NCBI GenBank assembly: GCA_965153285.1
Contig: OZ229112.1
DNA length: 64,000 nt
Source of the DNA: Podarcis tiliguerta
Lineage: Eukaryota
Reading direction: 5' to 3' (one strand)
The notes beneath the pieces are model-generated. The model was not told the origin of the DNA and did not search any database. It was given only the letters and a program-made list of their open reading frames with translations. Below, piece by piece: positions 37,301-50,720 of the stretch (within the stretch, counting starts at the first letter, position 1; each line of letters opens with the position of its first letter). A program made the translations under genes and the position numbers.

Positions 37301-37372
37301 CATACAAGTACACAGTGTCAACTCGAACACATCTGTCATACAAGTACACAGTGTCAACTCAAACACATCTGT
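37301..37372. repeat. 36-bp tandem duplication (one mismatch)
   Basis: CATACAAGTACACAGTGTCAACTC(G/A)AACACATCTGT x2. Confidence 0.95.
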
Positions 37373-37473
37373 CTATGTGCTTGTTGACAATCTCTAAGGA
37401 TTCTAATAGGTTAGTGAGACAGGACTCACCCTTGCATAAACCATGTTGGTTCTGCTTCAGCAAGTCTTGTTCT
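37363..37473 (-). mobile_element. CR1 RT fragment
   Basis: EQDLLKQNQHGLCKGESCLTNLLESLEIVNKHIDR matches CR1 QHGFxKGKSCLTNLLEFFE. Confidence 0.88.
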
Positions 37474-37690
37474 TGCAAAGCAGCAGCATCCACTCCGAAG
37501 TCAGACAGCCACTCCAGGATGCCATGTTTAATTGTATCAAAAGTCACTGGGAGACCAAGGAGAATCAACAGGTGCCTTATCATACAAGTTCATCATACAG
37601 GGTGACCAAGACAGTTTTCGTGCCAAAACCCGATTAATGGATCTAGAAAATCAATTTCATCTATTTCAGAGTGATTGGACCTGTTTGGGA
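37474..37690 (-). mobile_element. L2 RT fragment
   Basis: DEIDFLDP..SGF..GTKTVLVTLYDEL, then LLILLGLPVTFDTIKHGILEWLSDFGVDAAALQ, matching L2 LDPFQSGFR..GTETAL...LLDLSAAFDTIDHGIL. Confidence 0.82.
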
Positions 37691-38635
37691 ATCATGCCCT
37701 GGAAGGGAACATTTGTGACTGGTCTATAATTATTCAGATTCAGAGAATGGTCTTATTAGCACCTTTTCCACATGGATCTCCCTCACACAAGGAGATATTA
37801 ATCAGCTCCTTGGCCCAACCAGCCATGCCTTCTCTTCTAGATTTTACTAGCCACAATGGGCAAGACTCAAACATACAAATGGATGCTTATATTTCTGGCA
37901 TGTGCATTTACAGGAAATGGTTACACCCAGGAGGTGTTTAATCTGCTATTTGGGTCATTTAAAATTAAATACTGTGTTCATCATAGGCAGAGGGGCAATG
38001 GATCAAAATGCTTAGTAAATGTAGGTTTTGTACTTTTTGATCAAACGAGTTTTGTTCCATTACAGACAGTAAAGACAAATTGATGCACCTTTACATTCAT
38101 TCTGCACGACAAAATATTAATCTGAAGTGGGTGTTCACTTTCCATCATGAAGAAGTTTAAGTACTTAGATCTCATCAGCCAGAGCATTTATTTAATTGTC
38201 TTTTTACCAAACAGATGAATGAAAATGGTTATTTTACTTCTTGCTTTTCCTTTAATGTCAATCTTATAGCAGCATTAAAGAAGGGAAGCCCTGTTTAAAG
38301 AGGAAACAAATGCGCCTGTATTGAAATAAAGGCATATTCTCACTGTGGTGACAGACCTGTTTCGGAGCTCTATCACTTGAAGCTATGGATTGTTGGATAG
38401 ACAAAATCTGCAAAGAGAAAACTAAAATTTACCAAGACAGATAAGCTAAATCCCTTTTCCTCCACATATATGTGGAAGAGGTACTTTGTATGCCAGAGAG
38501 GGTTCAGTGATATAATATGCATTCTAGGCACAGTGGTGCAGTCTAGGGACAAATGTAACTGAGTGAGAGAAACTATGCCAAAACTAAGCAGGTATGCTAT
38601 TTCAAGTGTGTCAAACATAGCTTCTTGCTAAGAGC

Positions 38636-38955
38636 AGGGTAGGGAACCTTCCCCCATGCCCATCAAGGACTGCATTATCTTGAGATAATTGTCAGGGTCT
38701 TCATGCCAGTGGAGGATGGGTCCTCATGCAGATGGTGGGCAGGAACTGAGTCCAAAGTCATCCCCTTTGCCCTCCGTCCGTCCCTCTCTCTGTCTCTCTG
38801 CCACTCCCTTTCCCACTTCTTCTTCCCATCAGCTTAAAGTGAGGCTAAAGCCCACATGACTGCAGATATTATTGAACCCCCCAACTCCCACCGTCCCTGA
38901 CCACTGGCCATACTGGCTGGCCCTTACATAGAGGGCCACAGATTTCTCAGCCCTG
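38636..38955. mobile_element. hAT-type non-autonomous element, degenerate
   Basis: CAGGGTAGGGAACCT...GAGGGCCACAGATTTCTCAGCCCTG terminal inverted similarity. Confidence 0.55.
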
Positions 38956-39611
38956 CACTCCTGCACTACAGCATTAATGGTCAAAGGCAAGGTCAGCTTT
39001 ATTTAGAAAGGTATTTTATTATGTGTGTATTATCATGTGTAATCATAAAAACCATTGTAGCTTTTCTTCCCCAATGGTGTCAGGTTTTTGCAAAACGTAT
39101 AGAACATGAATGTCATAGTCTGTGTCGTTAGTCCAAAATCTATTGCAATTAGATTCAGAAATGAAAACAAATGCCAGACAGCTACATTTCCTTCCTTCTG
39201 CTGTGCTAAATTGCTTGTGAAGATCTATTTCTTCCATTTTAGCCATGGCAAAAGCGTACAGCATAAGGCCACATATGCTGCCTATTAAATGACACTGTCA
39301 AACTGGCAACCAAGCAGTGCACAGTTCCATGCTAAACGTGTTAATTGAGTGTTTCTGCACTAGCCTTTGTGTAGCAGCCCATCAAACTGGCTTTGACACT
39401 ATTCATCACTCATTTACTGCAGGGAATCCAGACAACATTTCTTCCAAACCATTACCATTTCCAAAGATCATCTCAAGTTTTCAAAGAGACTGGCTGGTAA
39501 TGATTTGGGAGGGTGTTTTCATTGCAAATGTGCCACAATCCTTTCATGCACCAACTAGTACAGTGCTGCTATCTAACATAGGTAAGATGCTTTGATATTG
39601 AAACATCCCTA

Positions 39612-39779
39612 AAGACACAAGAAGAGCTCGGCTGGATCAGACCAAAGACCTATGGCTATGGAAAGCTCACAAGCAGCATACAAGAGCAATAGCCCTCTCT
39701 TTCTGTTTTTCCTCAGCAACTGGTATTCAGAGGCATGCTGTCTCCGATTCTGGAGATGATCTATAAACATCACGACTAG
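39612..39779 (-). mobile_element. CR1 3'UTR remnant
   Basis: AAGAAGAGCTCGGCTGGATCAGACCAAAG...CAGCAACTGGTATTCAGAGGCATGCTGTCTC is the inverse of the CR1 tails at about 60240-60390 and 48015-48155. Confidence 0.7.
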
Positions 39780-39941
39780 GGCTGTGCAAATACCAAACAT
39801 GTAATGCACAACCCCAAGAATCCTCAGAAATGTAGTTTGTTAATGGTACTGGGAATTATAGCTCCATGAGGGGTGAAGTACAGTTCCCAGGATTCTTGGG
39901 GAGAGGAGAATATGCTTTCAATATATGACATGTACCCAGCC
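39780..39941. mobile_element. Harbinger-like MITE inserted at the CR1 3'UTR remnant
   Basis: GGCTG...CAGCC ends flanked by TAG/TAG. Palindromic core CCCAAGAATCCT...AGGATTCTTGGG. Confidence 0.7.
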
Positions 39942-40927
39942 TAGCAGACAATATGGCTTGGAGGCTTGGCTCATAATGATCTTGCTGACAGGTGTAAGTA
40001 ACCCAGCCTCTTCTCCATTATTGTCAATCTAGTTGTCCTGCAGGACCACAACCTTCATTACAGAGTGTTAACTCTTCAGAATAGCTCCCTGCTGATTAAT
40101 GGAAGTTATTCACATTAATTTGAGGGGCCTGAGGCAAGAAATCCTCTAACAGCCCAATTTGGATGTGGCTACAGTTCAGCTCCTCACACCAGGCTGAGAA
40201 CTTGACCCTGACAAAGAAGCGACTCTTGACACGGCTGTGCCATTCCTCCTCTATACCATCTTTTCTTTCAAGATCGTTATTTACCTATGTAGACTATTGT
40301 TTATTCCCCTGTATAGAGGGGGAGAAATGAGGCATGATTGCAGCTTTTGTGCACAGTAAGAGTTACCTTCTCATTTATTACACTCTTATTTTGATAGATT
40401 TTTGCACACATGCTTGGACAATTTTTAGAAGTGTCATCAATCTAAGACTGCAGTGCAGTTGCTCTCTCACCCCCTGTTCAGCCTATAACTGAAGAGCTGC
40501 TCGTAATAAATGAGCGATACGGCTGAGTGTCACCAACCTGCTGTAACATTTAATAGATATTCATAACATGTATTAATCATATGCCGTTCTGAAGGGCTGC
40601 GGTCCTGCAAGGTACCAGGCACCTTCAGCTCCCACTCGTGTCAGTGGGACTTGAGATTTGAAAGACGAGGGCCTCCTGCCCTCCAGAAGCTGCTCTTCCC
40701 ACTTCCTTCTGCCTCCCATGTGTCATGATATAACCCCAGACAGAAGGAAGGGAGCACACTCTGAGGAATAGCTACTAATGGATTCAAAAAGGAAGGTTTT
40801 TGTCTATGGTTCTTCAGCAGTTGGTTTCTTGTGCCTGCATAGGTAAGCTGCCAAGGGAAACTCCATATTGTATTCATTTCAGCTCCCTAAGGCTAAACCC
40901 TGGGAGAAAACCTTGATGGATGCACTA

Positions 40928-41100
40928 AGTTGCAGTTCAGTGGCAGGGTGTCTGCTATGCATGCAGAAGGCCCCAGATTCTATCCCCAGTATCTCCTGCC
41001 GGAAATATTGAAAAGCCACTACTAGTCAGTGTAGACAATCCTGAGCTAGATAAGACCTATGGTCTGACTTGGTATAAGACAGCTTCCTATCTATGTACCT
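40928..41100 (+). mobile_element. tRNA-derived SINE, CR1-tail family
   Basis: TGCATGCAGAAGGCCCCAGATTC...AGTCAGTGTAGACAATCCTGAGCTAGAT...GGTCTGACTTGGTATAAGACAGCTTCCTAT. Confidence 0.82.
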
Positions 41101-42262
41101 GTTTTGAGCCCATTTTAACTCTAGCTCTGTTCATGCATTTATGCAGGACACTCACACATAGTAGCAATGGCCCCGTCCTCAAAATTATGTCCTATTGCCA
41201 TGCTTCCCATGGCCTTCCCATGTTGAAAAGGGATAGCTTTGCATCAGTAGCTGTCCACACAAAGTCCTCCACAGTAAATGTTATTGGTGGAGCCAGAGGC
41301 ATCACCCCACTTCTGCTGCTTCGTGTGAGTAAATGTGTGAATAGGGCTTTTGTGTACTTTATATCACCTGTGTACCATTAAAAAAACATTGTGGATGCAG
41401 ATTAAGATAAGCTCAGAACTACCACCACCCTCAAAAAAAACCCATTCTTATGTTTTTTGACAATTCAAAGCTACTCTTACTTTGTACCACATTGTGTCCC
41501 ACCCTTTGTTTCTGGTACACTTATGAAATTTATTGTTTCTATATGGGGAACCATACTGCACATGTACCGTACAATTTCCAGTATGGTAATGGCAACAGTG
41601 GAGGTTGTCTGAGGCTGCACTGAGACACCAAGAGGAAACAAGAATTGCAGGACTAGTCAGAACGGGGCAGAGCTGCCTAGTTTATATCCAAATACCTACA
41701 CATAAATACTGCAAACCTGAATACATACCCAGGCAAACCTTATTACAACATAAGTAGTTTTATAGGCTCAATAATTAAACATCCTAAAGTTTCCTTATCT
41801 AATAATGTAAAATATTGCCTTGCAATTAAAATGAATGAGAAAGGGATAGATAAGAGTTGCAAAGCATTCCTTACAACAGATCATTGTTCCCTTTTCGCTA
41901 TTAGGGTAACTGTGTTCTAAGGTGACTAATATTGTATCCACTATAAAACAAAGCAGAGGGAGAACAACTGTGAAAGCTCAACCCTAATTTGGACTTGAAA
42001 ACAAGAAGAGTCAGACAGTTTTAAATATGTGCCCAAGATTTCCAGGGTCATCCACAACTAGATTCCACAATACACTTATTTTACTTATTTATGGTGAAAT
42101 CTTTTCCTCTAGCCTTTGGTCCTGTTTGAGACCACCTTCCCCATGGAGAACTCTCCCAACCTTAGAAAGCAGGATTGAACTCTGCACATCAACTGATGCA
42201 TGTAGAGTTCAATCCCCCCAACCCATGGGCCAACTTTGTCCAGTGGACGGGACCCCCCCCCT

Positions 42263-42271
42263 ATACATACA

Positions 42272-42312
<41 letters not shown>
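42263..42312. repeat. Imperfect (AC)n microsatellite
   Basis: Direct read; lies inside hAT-like debris at about 42200-42520. Confidence 0.9.
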
Positions 42313-42313
<1 letters not shown>

Positions 42314-45300
42314 ACCCTCTCAATCACCTGACATCATGCAAGGGCCCATGAGGGCCATCTAGTCCAAACCCTTGAAATGCAGGTATCTTTTGCCCAACAT
42401 GCTCTACCAACTCAGCTAAATAGTTAATTAGCATTATGATGTCAGATGATGGTCAGGTGCATGGCCCTGCCCACCTGTCAAAGCTGACCCATGGAGTAAG
42501 GGCAGATAAGAACCTGGCCTGCTGCATAGTCTTTGATCCACATTTGCATGCTTATTGTGCACCACTTACATTCAAGTTAATGCAAGAGTGTATGGTGCTT
42601 TGGATCTGAACTTTTGCCATGAATCACCATATTTGCTAAGTGGCCTGTAAGTTCCTTTTAGTTAAAGTTCATTGAGGAGCAAAATACTCAATGCACCTTA
42701 AATGAAATAAGAACAATAACAACTGTGCAATTGTATTTTTATTTTAGGGAGAAATCTATTATGACAACAAGATCAAACCTAAGTCAGGTTTAAAAACATT
42801 TCTATTGATTTAGCGTCTTTATCTGTTTTCTGAAAGACATTCAATATAAATTTCCAATTTATACTGATAGTTATACTTAGCCCAGGATAAAAAGTCATAT
42901 CTGATTCTACCATGATCTCACCATCATTTAAATCCTAACTTTTAAGCAACCAGAAGAAAGCCATGCTCTTTCAATTCTGTTTTAATATATGTGAATATCT
43001 TCTTCCACATAATCAGAGACACCTAGACTTTTCTTTTCTTTTTACCTTTGGGCCTGCTTTACAATTCCATTATGCAAATTGTCAGTAGGACTCATTGTGA
43101 AAAAGAACATAATAATAGGAAATGAGCTATCCAAGCTCCACATAGCAAAAAGAAAACGATATATTAACTAGCAAAGTGGGGGAGAGCAATATTGGGTTAA
43201 TGGTGGTGCTTGATGCTCAGATTGTATGATCTTCCAAAGACAGAAAAATATTTCTAATTGGAAGACATTTTTAATTGAATTCCTACATGCTTGTAAGTGT
43301 CTACCATCTTCAGAATGTTGATAGGACTAGCTCCATTCTTTTTTTAAAAAAAAAAGTGAAATGAGGGGAACCTGAGATTGCATGCAAAGAATATCCAAAA
43401 CTATTCCTTTGGGAAGATGTGTCTACTCTAGATGAAGAGACAGCATATGCACGAATATTTCCCTGGGGAAATATGTAAGCTGAGCTTTGGACATCCTGAA
43501 AGCATAGGGAGAGGATAAAGGCTTTGTTTTCAGACATTTGAGGTGAATGCGTTCAGGCTAAAAATTGAAGGGGGCAGGACAGTGTTCACAGTCCTCATCC
43601 AAAATTCCCCATGCACACCATTGCCAATTCAGACCTTCATCTATTAAGAGAGAAGTTCTGAAAGGGGGTTCTAAGGACATCTAGGTGAACATACTTAGAA
43701 TCTCCCCTCAGAACTTCCTTTTCAACACAGTAAGGTCTGAAGTGGAACTGGTGGACTTGTGGCTTATGTGCTCTCACCACTTTAAGTTCAGTTGCATTCA
43801 GGCAAATGCCCATACAGGTGAAATGTCTGGAACTAATCCACGATTAGTAGTACCCTACAAAAGTAAGGTCAAATAATCTTGGTTGGTAAATTTCTGCAAC
43901 ATAAACGGAAAGGCTATTTTATGGTGCTCTAGGGCTCTTAAATAGCATCTGGGAAGTTTTTATTTCCCTTTGGAAATTAGAGATTTTCTATTGTCTGCTA
44001 TGGCATCAGAACTAGGGATGAAGGCCAACAGAATTTATTCAGAAAAATATACTGTGATAAACCCAGTGGTTTAACTGTAATAGAAGCTTAATCCACCCTA
44101 TAATATTAGTTTAACTGATGTTAAAATAAACTTAATCTATTATTGTTGAAAACGAATAAAGTTACTTAGTTCAGTGGGAGTTACACCAAAGTCAGGGTGC
44201 ATAGGTTTCTGCAGCGGCAAAAGAAAAAGGTAACAGTTGGCATAAGGTATGAATTGGGGTGCTGAGAGTCCTCTTCCATTAATGTTCCCATTCCAGGAAT
44301 GTCAGAATGGGAAATTAGCCCTTGTAACCTTATGGTGGTATTTAAAAGAGTTCTCCAAGAGAATGAAACCTGACTCCATGTGTCACGTGCCAAAAGGTGG
44401 TTTCTTCAAAGAAACTGGAGCAGAGACCCATTCTGCTATGGACAATAGAGTTGTCCCTTTCTACTCCTCATGTCAGAAAATATCAAAGGCCAAATGCGAC
44501 ACCAAAAAACATAATAATTGCCTCGCTCAGTGATGAGACTGTACTGAGTGAAATTTTCCACTCAGTTATGCCCACATGATATATGATCAAATGCAGTATG
44601 CAAGCTGCTCTGTTGGGCTCTTTTGGCTGAATGTAATCACTGTGAAGCCGTCTACTATGTTAGGCCTCAGGCAGACTGAGAGGGACAAACGGGCTCCATT
44701 TTTTTCTGTTTTCCTGTCACATCTCATCCTCTCTCTCTCTCCTTTTCCTTCATCACCCTTTCCCTGAGCAATGACATTTGAGCTGGGATAAAAACAAGAG
44801 AAGCTGGTTTTGTTCCTACTGCAGAATGGGAAGAAAAGAAAGCCTTATGTGGTGTTCTGAGATTAATACCTTGCCTGTTTTCAGCTGTCAGATTTGTTTC
44901 TTCTGTGTGGTGAAATCATATCATTCTATCACAATTCTTATTATGAATGACTATTTAAAGCCTTGGACAGCCTGATGGAGGGGGATTCCTACCCCCACCA
45001 GTCAAGGCATGATATCAAGAACTGAATAACTAGCTGTAGTTTCATCTGGATATTTATACTGGGCATCCTATCAAATTCCACTCACCCTTCATTGACCCCT
45101 TTATCTTGTGCTAACTCCTCACGAATCCCAGTAACCTACTGTATTATCCTTGCAGAGAATTTTACGCTCAATTATAACTATCACAACATCTAAGATGGCC
45201 TGTTTTACAGAGCCATGTTAAGCAATCAGAAGAATTAAATGGCATTTGAGGCTGGCTTTCTCGGTAATAACTGTTCAAAAGAAAAGCTTCCATATTTAAA

Positions 45301-46781
45301 GTATTAGCAGCTGTCTGTATTATCGCTATATTGGGATGGGAGGAAAGCAGGAAATAAGGAAAAGATTGCACGCTTTATTTAACAAATTCACCAAGAGATT
45401 GAAAAACCATTGAATGAACCAAGCTACAGCTCAATGAAGCAATGTATTTGAGCCCATGGGTGTATTGGCTCTACATGGTGTCTTACTGTGAGCATATTAA
45501 GTGCCACAGACGAAAAGATATGAAAAAGTAGGTCTGCAGTTGTAATCACAGTTTTCTGAAAAAGAAATCCCATCCTGCAGAGAATGGATTAATAAAATAT
45601 AGAGGTTTATGGTCATGTCCAAAATTACCTGTCAAATCTAGAAATGCAATCACCCAAATGGCTCTGATTGTTCCCTCAATATGTGGCTTCTGTTCTTCTC
45701 TTGTGTAGAAATTCCTAAAGGGAAAAAGATACCCCAGAGTTGTTCAAATGCCTATCTTTAAACTGACTGCAGTGAGCTAAATCAGAAGGGCTTTTAAAGG
45801 TATTTTTGTGTTCTAATTCTAAATCTAGCTTCCTCTTTTCTAAAGTAACAAATGCAATAAACAAATAGCCATTAGGAAAGCAAATTGTTTGTTATTTCAA
45901 GGTACGCTCAAAGTAGGTAGGAAGCTGAGAGCTTACCAGATGAAGAAAGAGGAACATATGATTGCATTTTCAGTCTTCTTTGTCCCACAATCCTTTTTGT
46001 ATTTCTATGGCTGGATTATAATGGTGTACTTGGAGCAACTGCACAATGATCCATGTCTATAAGAGGGCCCCATATTCTTAGCTGGAAGGAAGGAAGGAAG
46101 TCCCCACTTGGAAGGAAACTTATGAAGCAAAATGTACATACAATGTACAGTTGTATAGTTTGCACAATTAAAGTGGATTAAAGCATTCTGTCACCCAGGC
46201 ACAACAAATCCATTTTTTGCAGTTAGGAAAGTGATGAGAAAATGCACTGGAAAGTTTGGGGTGAATTAATGATTGACAGTAAGCACTGTTATTATTTTAT
46301 CACCTACCCTCCCCTTCACCCTAAGGTGCTATGTATGGATGTCATACAAGTGTATAAAAAATGACACTCATTAATTTATCTACAAACAAATTGGAATGAA
46401 GCCTTAAAAAGAACAAGCATATCTAACCTCGACATAAGCTTTGAAAGTAAATCAGGATAAATGCTTGATGAAAGCTCTTGGTGGACTTCAGAGGTTCTTA
46501 CCTTTGAGTAGACATTTGTAGGGTTGGCCTGCACAACTATAGCCTAGGTAAATATAACCTCCCCCCCCCCCCCGCCCAGCTTTTTCTGCTTTAGAAGACT
46601 TCTGGAATAAAAGTCTTACTTCTAATCAGAAGTAAACTAGCTTGGCTTATGCCTGTTTTGTTGTTATTGTCAGCACTTCTTGCATTAATAGGTTCTGTAT
46701 GATAGCTACAAAACCTTTACCACTTACTTTTTAAGTGAAAACAATTTTTAAAGGATTTCATATGCTAAAGAAGATACAGGT

Positions 46782-46853
<72 letters not shown>

Positions 46854-46858
46854 CATAC
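46782..46858. repeat. Compound microsatellite (TG)11(TA)22 plus CATA
   Basis: Direct read. Confidence 0.95.
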
Positions 46859-46875
46859 AAATTTGGTTTTCAGCA

Positions 46876-47080
46876 TAATAATATCTGACATTTATATAGC
46901 ATTTTAGAGTGTTCAAAGTCCTTCACATGAATTATTGCCACAATCTTTGCAAAAGCTGCATCAGGTCAGTATCATTATCCAGAATGGGGAAGGCAGTGGG
47001 GAGTGAGGCTGAGAGTATCTCACCTAAGGCCATCTGTTAAGTTCATGGCAGAGAAAAACTGTGAACCTGTGACCAGTAGC
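46876..47080 (-). mobile_element. MIR-like CORE SINE
   Basis: ATAATAAT...CATTTATATAGCATTTTAGAGTGTTCAAAGTCCTTCACAT...TGAGGCTGAGAG...CCTAAGGCCA, the typical antisense MIR pattern. Confidence 0.7.
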
Positions 47081-47368
47081 TCTTTCATGCTAAAGAGCTT
47101 CTTACAGCTAGAGGTTAGGTGCACTGAGAACCTCTACACATTTAAGCAGGCAAAATGCTAAATAAGATACATAAAAATACAATACAGAAAATTGCTGTGC
47201 TGAATTCAGGATTTGAATTTTAGTGCAAAAAGGGACTTTTTGATGAAGTTAAAAGTTTCCTGAGAGCTACAGACACACTCACAATTTTTGAGCCAATTTG
47301 CTGCTAGTCACAGATTTGCATAGCTATTGCTTCAGTCCCATTTGTAGTGACCTTTTTCGTTCTGGAAA

Positions 47369-47527
47369 CAGTGAGGCCATGGTGTAGTTAATCACATTTG
47401 GTTAAGTGATGATGTCACTGCAGTCAATTGAAGCTATTTGGAATGGGGGCATTGCCCCCTTAGCTTTATTTATCATCTGTGATGTCATCATCTTGCCAAA
47501 TCTAATTGACTAACAGCAACCCCACTG
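47369..47527. mobile_element. Old palindromic MITE, ~160-bp imperfect inverted repeat
   Basis: CAGTGAGG...CCCCACTG ends. Arms TAGTTAATCACATTTGG..TGATGATGTCAC..AAGCTA pair with TAGCTT..GTGATGTCATCA..CCAAATCTAATTGACTA. Centre GGGGGCATTGCCCCC. Confidence 0.6.
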
Positions 47528-48014
47528 CATATAAATATATGTATTTATTTACTCATTGCTTTTTAAAAGCCATTTTTACTGGGATAATTATTTTCTCTGC
47601 CAATTTTTACAGTACACAAAGCAACTTTGTAACATTTGTAAGCACTCATGTGACAGTGGCATTATGAGACCAACATGCCATGTTCGATTTCTGGTGATGG
47701 TATATTTCCAGATTTGATTAGTACTATCCTATCCCTTGGGCAGTAAGAAATATTGATGCAGACGCTGACCTGATCTCCACATTAATTCACAGACGGAAAT
47801 GTAAAGCAATTTTTTTGTTTCAACAGTTTGTCAGGAAAGCCAATGGCAGCTGTCAACCATGACAAGAAGAGAGAGGAAATGGAAAATAGGGGATCCTGTC
47901 CCTACTATCAGGAAAGAAGGCTGTGAAATTACAACAATTTACTGTGATGTGTTTCAGTTTTTCAGTAACTAATATATAATTGTATACAATATTATAATCT
48001 TGGTTAAAGAAATT

Positions 48015-48155
48015 AAATCACAAGGAAGAAGGGGTTTTGCTGCACTGATCCTGCATGCAGGCTTCCGATGAGTATCTGCTTGACCACTGTGGGAACAGGA
48101 TACTGAGCTGTATGCCCCTTTGTCCTGATCCAGCAGGTCTTTTGTTATGCTCTTA
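48015..48155 (+). mobile_element. CR1 3'UTR remnant
   Basis: GATCCTGCATGCAGGCTTCC...GACCACTGTGGGAACAGGATACTG...CCTGATCCAGCAGGTCTTTTGTTATGCTCTTA. Confidence 0.72.
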
Positions 48156-50369
48156 CTACATACTGATATACCAGCTAGGCCTGTAAAACTGAGATGATAT
48201 CCTCCCCCCCAGCCCACCACTTATAAAATAGAATGAGTTGGAGGGTTGTGGGTTGTAACCAATAGGTGCCTGGGTAGAAAGGAACTTCTGCACTGGGTCC
48301 CCTTTTCCTAATGGATCATTTCCATCTTCCTCAGACTGATGACCTTGTTTCCTAAGAAAGAGGTGGATTTGGGTAAGACAACAGGTTCCACTGCACTAAG
48401 CACCAAGCCTAGGGGGAACCACAAGGTGTCACAACTATGACTTAGTGAATTGAGCAGAATGGAAGGTGAGAGGTGGGAGTGTACACCGAATTTTGGCCCT
48501 GCACAGAGCACCACTGAATTTTGAAAGACCAAAGTCTGCTCATTCCCAAGACCCTCAATCTCTGTGATAGCACTCTGACTTGGGAGTGGGAAAGCACTCT
48601 CATGTCCCTAAGACCTCATCCAGCAACTTCACTGACTCTCTCTGGTTATCTTGACTCAACGAAACAATCTTGTGTCCTTAGTGCAAAGAGCTTACGGCAC
48701 TGAACACATACAACTTCTGTCCAGCAGGACACAATATACAGAATAGCTCCCACATTCCTGCTGCCACATTTCTACCTGCACATGTATTGTTGTTGTCTAA
48801 TGAGTTTCTGGCTCCTTGCCCTACTGAAAAACTCACTTGTTACCTTGATGCTTTGCACTGGGGCAAGACATTTCCTCAGCTAAGAGTCCATCACTTCCAC
48901 TAAAGACAGAGCCAACATTTGAATAACTAGTTTTATTATAAATATAGCCTTCTAAGTACTACAATGTTTTTACACAAAAACCAGGGTGCATGAAAGACAT
49001 AGTCGACATTGTGGCTATTACTTATGCAGAGCCAGCTATCTCTGTGATGCATGCTAATTGTCTGCAAATATTTGAATACGAGAAAGAAAGATTACTTTAC
49101 AACAATTCCAAAAGAAAATTATAATAATGGAACATTAAGGCTGCCACTGAGAGTCAGAAGCTGAATACTTAAGACTGCAACAAGTAACTGATAATACTTC
49201 CTAGACAAGGAAATGTGGTGAAGGTGGTAGTAGTGGAATCATTTATTATATGCTCAGGCCTCAGGCCCGCCCCCACCCCCGCAAAAATGAAGTCAGCAAG
49301 CCTCACTGCAGCTAACAGCACTGAAAGCGACACCACTGTAATGCACTGCACAACATTCTTATTGCCTCCAGAAGCCCCTTTTTTCAATGTGAACAGTGGG
49401 AGTTAGTTTCATCTGATGTGCAGATGAAACATGGGGCCATTAACAATTTTGCAGAACAATTTTGTGTGGATCTTTTCACAATGAGATGGATGTCAAGGAA
49501 CTTCCAAATTCTAGAGTCAGTCTGGCTGGCTCCCTATTGTAAGAAGTCTTTGGGTGTCAAATGCTAATGCTCAGTGTTAAATATTGAGAGAGTATCTACC
49601 AAATGTGTGTATCCAGAAAAGTTTCACTGTTAAACTTCAGAAATGAGTGTTTTGAGAAGAATTAGGAGGAGCAGTTTCTCCCCTTTTTTTCTTTCAGCCT
49701 TAGTATTCATCAAGTCCCAGGTGTTTCTGTTTCACAATTTGGACTCTACATAACACTTTTAACTTAGCACTTACTTGCGGTAAACTTGTGTAGAGAAGAC
49801 CCTGAAACTTAATTTGATTTCTGAGCAAGTTTGGAGTACATAGCTATCTATTAAACAAGGTCAGAAAGAATTCTGAACGGTAGACCAAGTTATCCTGAAG
49901 TTTCTTTGTAATGTTTACTATGTTTTTCAAGTTCTCGTGCACTGGAGGAGATGGAAAGGGAAGCTACGTCTGCCCTTTAATATTAAACCATGTAGCTGGG
50001 TGGGTAAACAGTGCGAGCAGAGATGGTACAGTGAATGCCCTTGGGAAGGGCTTGTACATAGCTCTGACATGGGAGAGTTATTAAATCTTCGACCCAGTCA
50101 ATACAAATACATTGAACCAATGATTAATCAGACTGGGGAGACAAAGGAAATAACAGCGTGAAAAGAGAATTCTGCACAAGGTTGCTGAACCAAAGAAATG
50201 TATCACAGAAATCAGCTACGCAGTGCCATTATTTCACAAAAGCTAGCAAAATGTTAGCAGTGCATACTTAAAGTATTGCCAGTGTGATAGAGGAGCATTT
50301 ATGCTTAGATCAAATCTTTCTTTTGCACGTATTTGCATTCTTAGTCAGCAAGCTTCACTGCAAAAAGGT

Positions 50370-50720
50370 TCAAAAAGCAGAAATGCAAGAGAGAGCACAG
50401 CTTCATGTTCCTTTAAGGTTCCTAACTATCCAAAAGAAAACAGCAAACATGGAGAAGAGACAAGGGAATGAGAGGGAGGAACTAGCTGGAGTTGGAGCAA
50501 TGCTGCAATGCACACAGTGTTTCCACAAAGACTAAAACAGCTTGAGGTATGAAGACTGAACAACATGGACCCAAGCACATACCAGGGAAATTACCGTAAT
50601 AGATAAACTTGAATATGGATGAAGAGAAGGGCAAGATACTCAAGGGGAAAGCAATTTCCAAGACCGAAGTGAAAATGCTAAGTGATGAGAAGCATGGCAA
50701 ATCAAGTTTGTTGCACAGCA
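50370..50720 (-). mobile_element. Ancient L2 RT remnant
   Basis: Minus-strand GTGCTTGGGTCCATGTTGTTCAGTCTTCATACC = VLGSMLFSLHT (L2 VLGPLLFSLYT), followed by sequence weakly resembling the SSW..LKLN region. Confidence 0.5.

Noticed and set aside
48300-48720. Possible ancient LINE remnant (similar vague signals at ~8680-8970 and ~51000-51400)
   Set aside because: Too degraded to assign family, strand or boundaries by eye.
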